From Candidatus Zixiibacteriota bacterium (GTDB taxonomy: Bacteria; Zixibacteria; MSB-5A5; UBA10806; 4484-95), in the NCBI GenBank assembly GCA_029932605.1, contig JAOZPT010000002.1:39644-103643 (forward strand): a stretch of DNA of 64,000 bases, given 5' to 3'. Shown here piece by piece: positions 31,081 through 41,965 of the stretch. The notes under the pieces were generated by a model that was given only the letters and a program-made list of their open reading frames with translations, did no database searches and had not been told where the DNA came from. The position numbers and the translations under genes were made by a program. Numbering within the stretch: the stretch's first letter is position 1; each line of letters starts with the position of its first letter.

Positions 31081-31905
31081 ATGTTTACGCTTTTGAAATA
31101 TGTTTTCTCGGTAGTTATCTGGGCTGTTGTTGCGGCAGCTTTCCTGATTGCTAAGAGTCCAGAGCTATTCTTGTTCTGGGTGTTGATAGGCGCTGTTTTG
31201 ATACTATCCTGGTTGGTCAAATTCATTTGGAAATGGATCGTGGGCATATTTTTCCCCACTATTATGATAAGGTCATTCGCTTTATTTATCATGCTTGCTA
31301 TTATTTTATTTGCTCTTGTATACCAGGCTATTATCGTCCCGGGTTTGAATCACTGGGGCACAACTAAAAACGAACTGGAAAAACAATACCCTATAGATAA
31401 GTTCCTCCCTCAGTCTAAAACAGTGGCTTATCGGGCGGTCACAATCGATGCGCCGGTGAATAGAGTTTACCCGCTGATAGAACAACTGGCTACCGAGGGG
31501 CTTTTGAATTTTAATGTAAACATTTTCGATTTGCTCAAAAATGAACCAGCTATGTTCATATTCAAAAAAACAGAAAGCTTTAATGGCCTTTCCAATATTA
31601 ATGTGGGTGACAGATTTTTAGTGGGCGAGATAGTCCAGGCAGAAAGGAATCGCAGCTTGACTTTAAAGCTGGATCAGCGAAGGTTTCCCTGGAATAAGTT
31701 CAATAATATTTATGCCGGCTATTACCTTGACAAACAGGGGAAAAATAAAACAAGAGTGGTGATGAAAATCAAAGCCGATTACGAGGGATATTTTGCCTGG
31801 TTTTCTGCGAAATATTTAATAGAACTGGGCGACTACTGGGTCTCTCGTTACCAATTAAATACCGTTAAGATGATGGCTGAGGCCCCGGTTACTGAGAAGG
31901 GTTAA
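31081..31905 (+). CDS. Membrane-anchored hypothetical protein with an SRPBCC-like soluble domain
   Basis: Three N-terminal TM segments, then WGTT..E and RAVTIDAPVNRVYPLIEQL. Confidence 0.6.
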   Translation: MFTLLKYVFSVVIWAVVAAAFLIAKSPELFLFWVLIGAVLILSWLVKFIWKWIVGIFFPTIMIRSFALFIMLAIILFALVYQAIIVPGLNHWGTTKNELEKQYPIDKFLPQSKTVAYRAVTIDAPVNRVYPLIEQLATEGLLNFNVNIFDLLKNEPAMFIFKKTESFNGLSNINVGDRFLVGEIVQAERNRSLTLKLDQRRFPWNKFNNIYAGYYLDKQGKNKTRVVMKIKADYEGYFAWFSAKYLIELGDYWVSRYQLNTVKMMAEAPVTEKG

Positions 31906-31969
31906 AAATGACTACCCGTTTTTGCTGTGTATTAACCTCAAATCCAATGAACTTATCGAGCAGTTAAAG

Positions 31970-33199
31970 ATGTCAGAATTGTTATATTTAATCATAGGCA
32001 TCGTTGTCGGGGTTATTGTCGTCCTGTTGATTTCTTACCTGAGGAGAAAAGATACTAAAGCTTTGGCTCAGCAGTTGGTTTTGGATGCTCAGGCGGAAAA
32101 GCTAAAGGACTTAGAAAGTTTTTTAGGCAGGATAAAAGAGTCTTTTGATTCAGTATCCATGGAGGCACTGAACAAAAGCTTAAAACAACATCTGGAAATT
32201 GCAAAAAGTGCGCTGTCAGAGCAGTCAGCCCTGGGGGCTAAAGAGCTGGAGAGCAAAAAGGATTTAATTTCCCAGACTTATAAATCGATGAAAGATGAGC
32301 TGGAGAAAGTTAGCAGTTTGATAACGGAATTTGAGAAGGACCGCCAGAAGAAATATGGAGAGTTGACAAACCTTCTCAGCAATACGAGCAATGAACTGAA
32401 TCGTCTTCAGGAAACAACGGGTAAGCTGACCACCGCCTTATCCAGCGCCAGCATGAGAGGCCAATGGGGTGAAAGAATGGCAGAGGATGTCTTGAAGTTG
32501 GCGGGTTTTATTGAGGGTATTAACTATTATAAACAGAAAACTCTCGAGAGCTCAAGATACCGCCCCGATTTTACATTTACATTGCCCAATAATCAAAAAA
32601 TTAACATGGATGTTAAGTTTCCATTTGACAATTATTGGCATTATTTAGAGGCTGATAATTCTGATGATAAGAACAGATTCAAAAACATGTTTTTAAGAGA
32701 TGTTAGAAATCATATACGAGACGTTACTTCTCGTGATTATATCAATCCTGATGATAACACCTTGCCATATGTCATAATGTTTATTCCTAACGAACAAGTC
32801 TACTCGTTTATCAATGAAAGTGACAGGTCAATACTTGACGAAGCCATCGAAAATAAGGTGGCTTTATGCTCACCGTTGACGCTTTTTGCTATACTGGCCA
32901 TAATCAGGCAGGCGGTTGAAAATTTTAAGTTGGAAAGTACAGCAGGCCAGATGTCATCTTTGATGGGCAATTTCAAAAAACAGTGGGAACTGTTCATCGC
33001 AGGTATGAATAAAATGGGTAAACGAATAGATGATGCACAGAGAGAATACAACAGGCTGGTTACGACCCGTAAAAACCAGCTTCAAAAACCGCTGGACAAA
33101 ATAGAAGAGCTGAGAATACAAAAGGGTTTGCCGATATCTGAGATTGAAGAGGTCGGGTTTGATGAAGAAAACTTTCTTGATGTTAAAAACGATGATTAA
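31970..33199 (+). CDS. rmuC: DNA recombination protein RmuC
   Basis: N-terminal TM, coiled coil, RGQWGE, RPDF, DVKFP, MFIPNE. Confidence 0.92.
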   Translation: MSELLYLIIGIVVGVIVVLLISYLRRKDTKALAQQLVLDAQAEKLKDLESFLGRIKESFDSVSMEALNKSLKQHLEIAKSALSEQSALGAKELESKKDLISQTYKSMKDELEKVSSLITEFEKDRQKKYGELTNLLSNTSNELNRLQETTGKLTTALSSASMRGQWGERMAEDVLKLAGFIEGINYYKQKTLESSRYRPDFTFTLPNNQKINMDVKFPFDNYWHYLEADNSDDKNRFKNMFLRDVRNHIRDVTSRDYINPDDNTLPYVIMFIPNEQVYSFINESDRSILDEAIENKVALCSPLTLFAILAIIRQAVENFKLESTAGQMSSLMGNFKKQWELFIAGMNKMGKRIDDAQREYNRLVTTRKNQLQKPLDKIEELRIQKGLPISEIEEVGFDEENFLDVKNDD

Positions 33200-33354
33200 T
33201 CTTTTTAAATTTAAAAGTATTAAAGTTGAATAAAAAATTAAACATTCTTTTTGGTCTTTAGTTATTATTTTGTGCTGTTGCATTTTTAATAAAAATATGT
33301 TATATAAATTAATCATATAGATTTATACTATGAAAGCAAAGGAGTTAAAATAAA

Positions 33355-35289
33355 ATGTCAAAAGTGATAGGAATAGACCTTGGCACTACTAATTCATGCG
33401 TGGCGGTAATGGAGGCTGGTGAGGCGAAAGTCATCACCAATCCTGATGGCTCTCGCACCACTCCCTCGGTGGTGGCTTTTACAAAAACCGGCGAAAGGCT
33501 TATCGGCCAAACTGCCAAAAGGCAGGCGATAACCAACCCGGAAAACACGATATTCTCCATCAAACGGTTTATGGGGCGTCGCCATGGTGAGGTTTCCTCG
33601 GAGGAGAAAATTGTTCCTTACAAAGTGACTCATGCCCCCAATGACGACGTTCGAGTAATAGCTCAGGGTAAAGAATATGCGCCACCGGAAATATCGGCAA
33701 TGATTCTTCAGTATCTCAAAAAAGCAGCTGAGGAATATCTTGGTGAAACCGTTACTAAAGCAGTAATTACTGTACCAGCTTATTTCAATGACAGTCAAAG
33801 GCAAGCAACCAAGGATGCCGGTGAGATTGCCGGTCTTGAGGTGCTTCGGATTATTAACGAACCAACAGCTGCTTCTCTGGCTTACGGCCTTGACAAGAAA
33901 AAAGACCAGAAAATTGCAGTATTTGACCTAGGAGGTGGCACTTTTGACATCTCGATACTGGATTTGGGCGAGGGAGTATTTGAAGTAAGGGCTACAAACG
34001 GTGATACACATCTGGGTGGTGACGATTTCGATCAACGGATCATTGATTATCTGGCAGATGAGTTCAAAAAAGACCAGGGTATTGATCTCCGGCAAGATAG
34101 AATGGCTTTGCAACGATTGAAAGAGGCCGCTGAAAAGGCAAAGTGCGAGCTATCGACAACTATGCAAACCAACATTAATCTACCCTTTATAACTGCTGAC
34201 CAGTCAGGCCCGAAACATCTTGATATGACATTAACACGTGCCAAGCTAGAACAATTATGTGATGACTTAATTCAACGTGTAATCGAACCCTGTCGCCAAG
34301 CTTTAGAGGATGCCAAGCTCTCCACCGGCGATATCAATGAAGTTATATTGGTTGGTGGAATGACGCGTATGCCAAAGGTTCAGGAAACTGTCAAGGAGCT
34401 TTTCGGACGAGAACCTCATAAGGGAGTCAATCCCGATGAGGTGGTGGCAGTTGGAGCGGCCATTCAAGCCGGTGTTTTAGCCGGTGATGTTAAAGATGTA
34501 CTTCTTCTGGATGTTACCCCACTATCTCTTGGTATCGAAACTCTTGGCGGTGTTTTCACCAAGCTTATCGAACGCAACACCACAATTCCCACTAAAAAGT
34601 CGCAGATATTTTCCACGGCGGCTGACAATCAACCAGCTGTTTCCATCAATGTGCTTCAGGGTGAACGTGAAATGGCAATAGACAACCGCACGTTGGGAAG
34701 ATTCGATTTGGTTGGCATTCCTCCCGCTCCTCGAGGCGTACCGCAGATCGAGGTTACTTTCGATATCGATGCTAATGGTATCATGCATGTTTCAGCCAAG
34801 GACCTTGGAACGGGCAAAGAACAATCAATCAAAATCGAATCCTCTTCTGGATTAACTGAACAAGAGATTGAGCGGATGAAGAAAGATGGGGAACTTCATT
34901 CGGAAGAGGATAAGAAGCGCCGTCAACTTGTCGAAGCTAAGAACAAAGCTGACTCAATGATATACACAACCGAGAAGTCGCTCAAAGAATATGGTGATAA
35001 AATATCCGAAGATGACAAGAAGAAAATTGAACAGGCAATAAACACCTGTAGAGAGGCTATGAAATCCGACGATACCGAGCGGATAAACAAGACTGTCGAA
35101 GAGTTGATGACAGTCTCGCACAAACTGGCAGAGGAGATCTATAAAAAGACATCCACTGAGAGTAAGCAGACCGCCGGTGACCAAACGGCGGAAACAAAGA
35201 AAGCTCATACTGCCGATTCCGGTGACAAGGGCAAGGGTAAAGACGAGGGGGCAGTTGATGCAGACTTTGAAGTTGTCGATGATAAATAA
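33355..35289 (+). CDS. dnaK: Chaperone DnaK (Hsp70)
   Basis: [34 protein letters not shown]-terminal DADFEVVD. Confidence 0.99.
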   Translation: MSKVIGIDLGTTNSCVAVMEAGEAKVITNPDGSRTTPSVVAFTKTGERLIGQTAKRQAITNPENTIFSIKRFMGRRHGEVSSEEKIVPYKVTHAPNDDVRVIAQGKEYAPPEISAMILQYLKKAAEEYLGETVTKAVITVPAYFNDSQRQATKDAGEIAGLEVLRIINEPTAASLAYGLDKKKDQKIAVFDLGGGTFDISILDLGEGVFEVRATNGDTHLGGDDFDQRIIDYLADEFKKDQGIDLRQDRMALQRLKEAAEKAKCELSTTMQTNINLPFITADQSGPKHLDMTLTRAKLEQLCDDLIQRVIEPCRQALEDAKLSTGDINEVILVGGMTRMPKVQETVKELFGREPHKGVNPDEVVAVGAAIQAGVLAGDVKDVLLLDVTPLSLGIETLGGVFTKLIERNTTIPTKKSQIFSTAADNQPAVSINVLQGEREMAIDNRTLGRFDLVGIPPAPRGVPQIEVTFDIDANGIMHVSAKDLGTGKEQSIKIESSSGLTEQEIERMKKDGELHSEEDKKRRQLVEAKNKADSMIYTTEKSLKEYGDKISEDDKKKIEQAINTCREAMKSDDTERINKTVEELMTVSHKLAEEIYKKTSTESKQTAGDQTAETKKAHTADSGDKGKGKDEGAVDADFEVVDDK

Positions 35290-35569
35290 AACCATATAAT
35301 ATCAACTAAAAAATTGTCAAAATGGTAATTTATTCTTATTAAAAAACCGATAAAAATATTGATATTTCAATACTGGATGATTATCGTAAAAATCGAAAAT
35401 ATCAATTACAATGTTTATTTATTAGAACATTTGGAAAATAGGTTTCACCGCTAACCGTTTAGGGAGCTTATCCATCTAACAAAGCCTGTTTGGTAATTTC
35501 TATGAAAACAAAAGAAATCCTTTTATTGCCTTAAAAACAAGTTGAACGGAAATTAAATATTAACGTATT

Positions 35570-35926
35570 ATGAGTAAAATTACCAACAAAATTAAGCAAT
35601 GGCTTGAAGATCAAAATCTCAGTTATGCCATTCAAGCAGAGACTTTTGTTATTGACGGTGATGGCCCGAAACCCTTCAAATATATCCCCAATTTTATCAT
35701 CTTGGGCAGACGATTCCAAAACAAAGCGGTAGTAGTTGAACCAATCACTTCATTTGTTCCTCAGGGTGGTTTAAAAAGGGTTCAAGCGTTTAAACGTCAA
35801 TTTAATAGTAAGTACCATATTGTAATCATTACTAAGAAACGGATACTGGACCTGATTCCCAAAAACGCTTATGACCAGCTTATAGTTTACGAACAGCTGG
35901 ATAAGTCAAGAATCAAGTTTCGGTAA
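35570..35926 (+). CDS. Small hypothetical protein, degenerate PD-(D/E)XK-like fold
   Basis: Y-x-x-E-T-F...YIPNFII...VVVEP resembles the YxPDF...ExK pattern of small restriction-like nucleases. Confidence 0.55.
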   Translation: MSKITNKIKQWLEDQNLSYAIQAETFVIDGDGPKPFKYIPNFIILGRRFQNKAVVVEPITSFVPQGGLKRVQAFKRQFNSKYHIVIITKKRILDLIPKNAYDQLIVYEQLDKSRIKFR

Positions 35927-36117
35927 GTTAAATAGATAAGGTCTCTTCCATTTACATTAAACATTCATCTACATTTCTGATGAGAAGTTCAACCAAGTTT
36001 TAGGGCATCATCTTATAAAGCTTAATTTTGTTTGGTTCTTCACCTCGATCTGATAAATAGCAATTTTTCTGTAAAACCATTAACATTACAGAGAAAATAG
36101 ATTATATTAATACCGCT

Positions 36118-38391
36118 ATGAATAAAGACCCTCTTGAGGGATTGAATCCTCCCCAAATGGAAGCTGTTTGTCATATTCGGGGACCTTTATTAGTATTGGC
36201 AGGAGCTGGCTCGGGCAAAACAAAAGTAATAACTCATCGCATCGCCTATCTTGTTGCCAAACAAGTTGTCGACGCTGATCAAATTCTGGGTGTAACCTTT
36301 ACCAATAAAGCCGCCAACGAGATGAAGCAACGGGTGATAAATTTGTTAGGCCCAGCAGGACACCTGGTAACTCTTTGTACATTTCATTCATTTTGCGCAA
36401 GGCTTCTTCGCCAGCATGTCCCGTTGATTGGATACAACCGAAAATTCTCCATCTATGATGAAGCCGACAGCCTGGCTCTTATAAAACGTATCATCAAGTC
36501 CCTGGGAATACCAGAGAACCAACCCTCGCCGGAGTCTGCGCTAAACCTGATCTCCCAAGCCAAGGACAGGCTTATTTCTGCTGACACCTTTCTTAAGACA
36601 TCAGACGATTACATTAAACAAAATACCGCCCGAATTTATGCAGAGTATCAACATCAATTAAAACAAAACAATGCCTTAGATTTTGATGATTTGCTTTTTA
36701 CTACAGTGATATTGTTTGAAAAATTTCCACATTTGCTTTCCCAATATCAAAAAAAATTTCCATACCTTTTGGTAGATGAATATCAGGATACCAACTATGC
36801 CCAGTATCAGTTGGTTATGCTTTTAGGAAGTAAAAATAAAAATATCTGTGTGGTTGGCGATGATGACCAATCAATTTATGGTTGGCGTGGCGCCGATATC
36901 AACAATATACTGAATTTCGAGACGGATTTTCCTGATTGCAAAGTCATAAAATTAGAGCAGAACTATCGCTCAACCAAAACCATCCTTGATGCCGCTCATG
37001 GAATTGTTATTAAAAACGAAAACCGCAAACCGAAAAAGCTTTTCACCGTTCGGCCTGGTGGTGATAAAATAACTTTAATGCTATGCGGTGATGACCGTGA
37101 AGAGGCTGGCGCAATCGTTGATAAGATAAAATTTGGACTCTCTTCCGGTAAAAAACTCACCGACCATGCTATTTTGTACCGTACTCATGCCCAGTCACGC
37201 GCCTTGGAGGATGCTCTTCGTGATGCCGGGATACCCTATGTTATCGTTGGCGGATTGCGATTTTACGACCGTTTGGAGATTAAAGATATAATCGCTTATC
37301 TGAGGCTTTTAGTTAACCCGGACGATACTGGGTCGCTTTTGCGAATTATCAATAAACCCAAACGAGGAGTTGGCAAAAAAACTATAGAAAAAATTTTAAA
37401 CCAAGCTGTAAAAACAGGTGTTCCCGCATTTGAAGTTTTATCCAAACCCGAAGATGCAGGTATAAAAGGTAAATCAGCCGCAGAACTGACAAAGTTTTAT
37501 AAAACGCTGAAAAATTTGTCTGTTGAGGTCAATGAGCTTACACCGGACGAGATTGCCATCAGACTTGTCAAACAGATAGGCTACGTAAAAATGCTCCAAC
37601 AGGAAAATTCTGCCGAGGCCGATGTCCGCATTGATAATATCGGAGAGCTAATCAATGGCATAATCGTTTATATGGAAAAAGTAAAGGAAGAACATGAAGA
37701 TAGACAACCGACACTACAGGGATTTTTAGAGGAGGTTTCATTAATAACAGATGTCGATATATGGAACGAGGATGACGAGGCTGTGGTGCTTATGACCCTT
37801 CATTCCGCAAAAGGATTAGAGTTTGATATTGTCTTTATGACCGGAATGGAACAGGGGTTATTCCCACTTCTGAGAAATTCACTTGGCCATTCATTGGTTA
37901 AGGATATGGAGGAAGAACGTAGGCTATGTTATGTGGGAATCACCAGAGCCAAAAGCAAACTACATCTTTCAATGGCTGGCTACCGAAGGCGTTTCGATGG
38001 ACCAAATATTACAAGACCTTCGGAATTTCTGATGGATATACCCGAAAACCTGGTCGATGTTGAACGATATAGTTATTATAACACGAGTTTCGCTGGTAAA
38101 AATCTTAGCCTCTCAAACTCTCGTTTATCGAGAAGAGACAAACATCAATCAACCACTGACCGGTTAAGACAATCTAACACATATCAGAATGAAATTTATC
38201 ATAATGATGAAGAAGCACTTGATAGATTGCTCCAGGTGGGAATGATGATATCGCATAGCAAGTTTGGTGTAGGTAAGATTATCGATAAAGAAGGTAATGG
38301 AGAGGATATGATATTGACAATCCGTTTCGGTTCGGATGTCAAGAGGATAATGCCTAAATATGTGGGGCTGGAGGTGCTTGGTTACAACTAG
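36118..38391 (+). CDS. pcrA: ATP-dependent DNA helicase PcrA/UvrD
   Basis: AGAGSGKT, TFTNKAA, VDEYQDTN, QSIYGWRGA, LEQNYRS, TLHSAKGLEF, EERRLCYVGITRA, C-terminal Tudor-like HSKFG. Confidence 0.93.
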   Translation: MNKDPLEGLNPPQMEAVCHIRGPLLVLAGAGSGKTKVITHRIAYLVAKQVVDADQILGVTFTNKAANEMKQRVINLLGPAGHLVTLCTFHSFCARLLRQHVPLIGYNRKFSIYDEADSLALIKRIIKSLGIPENQPSPESALNLISQAKDRLISADTFLKTSDDYIKQNTARIYAEYQHQLKQNNALDFDDLLFTTVILFEKFPHLLSQYQKKFPYLLVDEYQDTNYAQYQLVMLLGSKNKNICVVGDDDQSIYGWRGADINNILNFETDFPDCKVIKLEQNYRSTKTILDAAHGIVIKNENRKPKKLFTVRPGGDKITLMLCGDDREEAGAIVDKIKFGLSSGKKLTDHAILYRTHAQSRALEDALRDAGIPYVIVGGLRFYDRLEIKDIIAYLRLLVNPDDTGSLLRIINKPKRGVGKKTIEKILNQAVKTGVPAFEVLSKPEDAGIKGKSAAELTKFYKTLKNLSVEVNELTPDEIAIRLVKQIGYVKMLQQENSAEADVRIDNIGELINGIIVYMEKVKEEHEDRQPTLQGFLEEVSLITDVDIWNEDDEAVVLMTLHSAKGLEFDIVFMTGMEQGLFPLLRNSLGHSLVKDMEEERRLCYVGITRAKSKLHLSMAGYRRRFDGPNITRPSEFLMDIPENLVDVERYSYYNTSFAGKNLSLSNSRLSRRDKHQSTTDRLRQSNTYQNEIYHNDEEALDRLLQVGMMISHSKFGVGKIIDKEGNGEDMILTIRFGSDVKRIMPKYVGLEVLGYN

Positions 38392-38442
38392 GCATTTTAA
38401 AGTGACTTACAGTATTCTTGCTGAATATTTTCTTTATTGCCT

Positions 38443-39708
38443 TTATTTCAACAACATCATCTTGCGAAAGATGGCCTGGTCAGGGGTTTTAAGACTGTAA
38501 ATATATAAACCCGAGGAAACCTTATCGCCATTTTTATCCGTGCCATCCCACCAGAGCGATCGACGATAATTAACTGAACCATCAAATAAAACCTTAACCA
38601 GTTTGCCGACAATATCGTAAATTTCGATCCGGGCATATCCCGGCTTTTCAAGGATAAACTCGATTAACGTTCGGTTGTTAAATGGATTTGGGTAATTTTG
38701 ATAAAGAGTAGTCGATGAAGGTATAAGGGGTTGATTGTCAAAGACACCGGATGAAAAATCATAAATATAAATGCCATCTTCAGTGCCGGCAAAGAGTCTA
38801 CCGTTGGCATCAATTTCAAGACTGTAAACATTGAGGTTATCTAAGCTGTCGTTAAAGGGTGAAAAAGTGGCACCTGCATCTGTAGAGATAAGCACTCCAC
38901 CGTTGGAAACTGACCCTACAAATAACCTGCCAGCAATCTGCGGGTCACAGGCAATTGGTACATTATCAACAGTGCTTGTGGGTGTATATTCCCAATCCAG
39001 ACCGCCGTTGAAGGATATAGCTACATAAGCATAGCATGAAACATAAAGGGTCTCCGGACCGTTGGGTTCATACTCGATTCTGTTAGGGTTGTAATCCTCA
39101 AGGTTAAAAAGCCCCCCTATATCTTCCCAGCTGTTGGCGAAATCGGTTGTATGAGCTACAAAGGTTTCACCCACTGCGTAAGCCTCTAATTGATTGGTGC
39201 CATCACCTTTAATATCGATGATGTTCAGGTCGGGAAGACCTATATTAGCGCTTGAGTAGGTTTGAAAACTATCCTGTGATTTCAGTATACCATCCTCGAA
39301 ACAGATATACATGAAACCAGGGTTGACCGGGTCAAACCCCAGACGGCGAGGATTTAACATATAACTTCTTGGCCACCAACCATTACCGTTATCAATCGAA
39401 TAATGGATCCCATCCGACCATGAACCACCAGCTAAAAGTGCCCATAGTGTATCATTATCATGAGGGTCGTAAGATAAAAACGGAACGTTGAGATTAACAA
39501 ATTGACGATCCCAGGATTGACCGCTGTTGAAGCTTACAAATAATCCACTATCTGTTCCAGCGCAGATATATTGAGGATTAATAGGGTCGATCTCTATGGA
39601 CAATACCCGCATATCGGAAAGCCCCAGAAACTCCCAGTAGTTAGCACTGGCAGAGACCGCCAGTAAAGCTATTAATAAAACAACTATTAATATAGTTTTT
39701 CTGATCAT
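38443..39708 (-). CDS. Secreted BNR/Asp-box beta-propeller protein with T9SS type A CTD (FlgD-like)
   Basis: Signal peptide, S-x-D/N-x-G-x-x-W repeats, QNYPNPFN...SSGLYIY...KMMLLK. Confidence 0.85.
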   Translation of the reverse strand: MIRKTILIVVLLIALLAVSASANYWEFLGLSDMRVLSIEIDPINPQYICAGTDSGLFVSFNSGQSWDRQFVNLNVPFLSYDPHDNDTLWALLAGGSWSDGIHYSIDNGNGWWPRSYMLNPRRLGFDPVNPGFMYICFEDGILKSQDSFQTYSSANIGLPDLNIIDIKGDGTNQLEAYAVGETFVAHTTDFANSWEDIGGLFNLEDYNPNRIEYEPNGPETLYVSCYAYVAISFNGGLDWEYTPTSTVDNVPIACDPQIAGRLFVGSVSNGGVLISTDAGATFSPFNDSLDNLNVYSLEIDANGRLFAGTEDGIYIYDFSSGVFDNQPLIPSSTTLYQNYPNPFNNRTLIEFILEKPGYARIEIYDIVGKLVKVLFDGSVNYRRSLWWDGTDKNGDKVSSGLYIYSLKTPDQAIFRKMMLLK

Positions 39709-39963
39709 CACTTCTGACCTCCTTATTTGCCTGTTCTATAAAAGCTTAAAAGTTACATCATTTTAAAAATAACGTCTCTTTATCCATTATAGATATCCTT
39801 GTTTTAGTATAATAAATTCTTTTTTATTATCAATAATTTTTTATAACACAATGAGTTGCATTTAGGTTTTGTAGGTAAACTTTACATTATCACGGGCTTA
39901 GAAGGATGCAATTTCTTATATTGCACTTTTATTAAAAACATTTATGGCGAATATACATTCAGC

Positions 39964-41130
39964 CTAGAACGATTCAAATACAACAATTTCCTCAAGACTC
40001 TTTTTATGAGGTGTATCAGGCCAGTGCTCAGGTATCCCGATTGGTGTAAAACAAATCAATTTATATCGATCAGGTATTCCGAAAAATAGCTTCATATTTT
40101 TTTCAGGGAAAAATGTAGTAAAAAACCCTGTGCCATAACCCAAAGACCTGGCCTCAATCATCAAATAACCGGCTGCCAATGTTCCGTCATACATAACATA
40201 TTCAGGATATTCTGCCTTGGAATCGACTAAAACCGCAATATATACTGGTGCTGATAGTATATCATTTAATTTGTTTTTAATGGCTTTACCTGTATTTTCA
40301 AGCTCTTTCCGGTTTGGTTGTTTTTCATTTTTATATGATTCAATATACCATTGAACGGCTTCATCTTTTAATTTGCTAAGCTTTCTTTTATCCTGAATGA
40401 CTAAAAATTTCCAGGGTTGTTGATTGCCAGCCGTTGGTGCATAACGGGCAGCATCAAGAATTTTCAAAATATGCTCCCGCGGTACAGGATTTGATTTAAA
40501 TTTTCTGACCGTTCGGCGTTTTTTTATCATATCGAAAAGATAAACCTGTTGCCAATCGTATCTTATTTCATCACCATCATCGGTGAGGTAACGGCCTATA
40601 GGAGTGCAAACATCAGCCACAACCTTCCACATCCCATTCTCCTTATGGAAAATAAGAGTGAAATAGGAATCGAGAAGATATGTTTTGCCCTCGGGGGTTT
40701 TGCTCCTGTAATGGAAAATTGCATTAGTATAACCATATTCATTTCCCTGCCGGACCTTTAATAATTCAACAGGCATCTCCCAATCTCTCTCTTTAAACCA
40801 CTCTTTGTGAAAATCGTAATAACCTTTTCGATCGATTAATTTTCCGTTAGCTGTGAGAAAGAAAAAATCGTCGCTATCGGTTACGGTTGTAAAGAGCCCC
40901 TCGAGGTTTGAATTTTGAACTGCCTTAACATATAAATTGAAAGTTTCTTTTATTGAAAGACCGGATTGATTTCTTATGGATGTATTACCAGAATAACTGG
41001 CAGTAACCGATGAAAATAAAAATACAAAACAGAATAACAATATTTTCAGGCTGATATTATCCGTTAAGGTTGAGTAATGAAACTGCGTTTGATTAAATAT
41101 AGAACCTGATATGTAAGTAACCATAACCAT
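39964..41130 (-). CDS. SnoaL/NTF2-like domain fused to a nitroreductase domain, with an N-terminal hydrophobic segment
   Basis: AAGGAGG SD; FTLIFHKENGMWKVV (NTF2-like); RRTVRKF, APTAGNQQPWKF, ARSLGYGT (nitroreductase). Confidence 0.8.
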   Translation of the reverse strand: MVMVTYISGSIFNQTQFHYSTLTDNISLKILLFCFVFLFSSVTASYSGNTSIRNQSGLSIKETFNLYVKAVQNSNLEGLFTTVTDSDDFFFLTANGKLIDRKGYYDFHKEWFKERDWEMPVELLKVRQGNEYGYTNAIFHYRSKTPEGKTYLLDSYFTLIFHKENGMWKVVADVCTPIGRYLTDDGDEIRYDWQQVYLFDMIKKRRTVRKFKSNPVPREHILKILDAARYAPTAGNQQPWKFLVIQDKRKLSKLKDEAVQWYIESYKNEKQPNRKELENTGKAIKNKLNDILSAPVYIAVLVDSKAEYPEYVMYDGTLAAGYLMIEARSLGYGTGFFTTFFPEKNMKLFFGIPDRYKLICFTPIGIPEHWPDTPHKKSLEEIVVFESF

Positions 41131-41195
41131 ATTTAAACCTCCTTAAAAAAATGTTGATATTACTTATATTATTAAATTTCAGGTTCATTGTTTTT

Positions 41196-41960
41196 TTAGT
41201 AGCCCTCTAAATCTGGTGAACTTTTAATATTAATCGCCTCCACTATTAAAAGAGGATCACCCTGTTTGTAACGGGTAAAATCGTAATTAGCAAATTCTTT
41301 TGTCAGCTGAAAACCGGTTTTTTTTAGCAAGTCGTGAATATTATTTCTGTTGATTATGCCAACAAGAGAATGTTCTTCAATTCTATCTACAAGTTTACCA
41401 TGGATATATTTTTCAAAAACAAGGATTGTTTCTCGTTTTTTATTGGAGAGAATTTTTCCACCTACATAACGACGATATTCTGTTTCACCTTCTGTAACCT
41501 TTCCCGAAGGAGATAACGGAGAATCTTTCATCATTCCCAAAAAGACATCAAAAATGAGTTTACTGTTTGGCCGCAAATGTTTACCGATGTTGGAAAGTGC
41601 TAAAAACCGTTCTCTGTCATCCAGCAAGTGATCAAAACATCCGGAAAGAAATGCAGCCGGGAAAGTTCTATTCAATTTAAAAGATATAGCGTTGCTGTCT
41701 ATCAGCATAATATTTGCTAATAGTTTTTTTCTTTTTGATATTTTCCTGATAAATTCCTTTCTCATGGCTGGGGATGGTTCAATACAGAAAACCTTTATAC
41801 CTTTCTCTGCCAGAGGGATTGCGATGCGACCGGTTCCTGCTCCGATATCAAGAATTTCACCTGATTCAGAAGCGTAATGATAAAAGAATTCGATGTTTTC
41901 TTTGGTATCGAATAGATCATACAGGTGAGCGCACTTTTCATATCCTTTATTGAGAGTCAT
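41196..41960 (-). CDS. Class I SAM-dependent methyltransferase
   Basis: ILDIGAGTGR motif I. Confidence 0.85.
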   Translation of the reverse strand: MTLNKGYEKCAHLYDLFDTKENIEFFYHYASESGEILDIGAGTGRIAIPLAEKGIKVFCIEPSPAMRKEFIRKISKRKKLLANIMLIDSNAISFKLNRTFPAAFLSGCFDHLLDDRERFLALSNIGKHLRPNSKLIFDVFLGMMKDSPLSPSGKVTEGETEYRRYVGGKILSNKKRETILVFEKYIHGKLVDRIEEHSLVGIINRNNIHDLLKKTGFQLTKEFANYDFTRYKQGDPLLIVEAINIKSSPDLEGY

Positions 41961-41965
41961 ATGTT

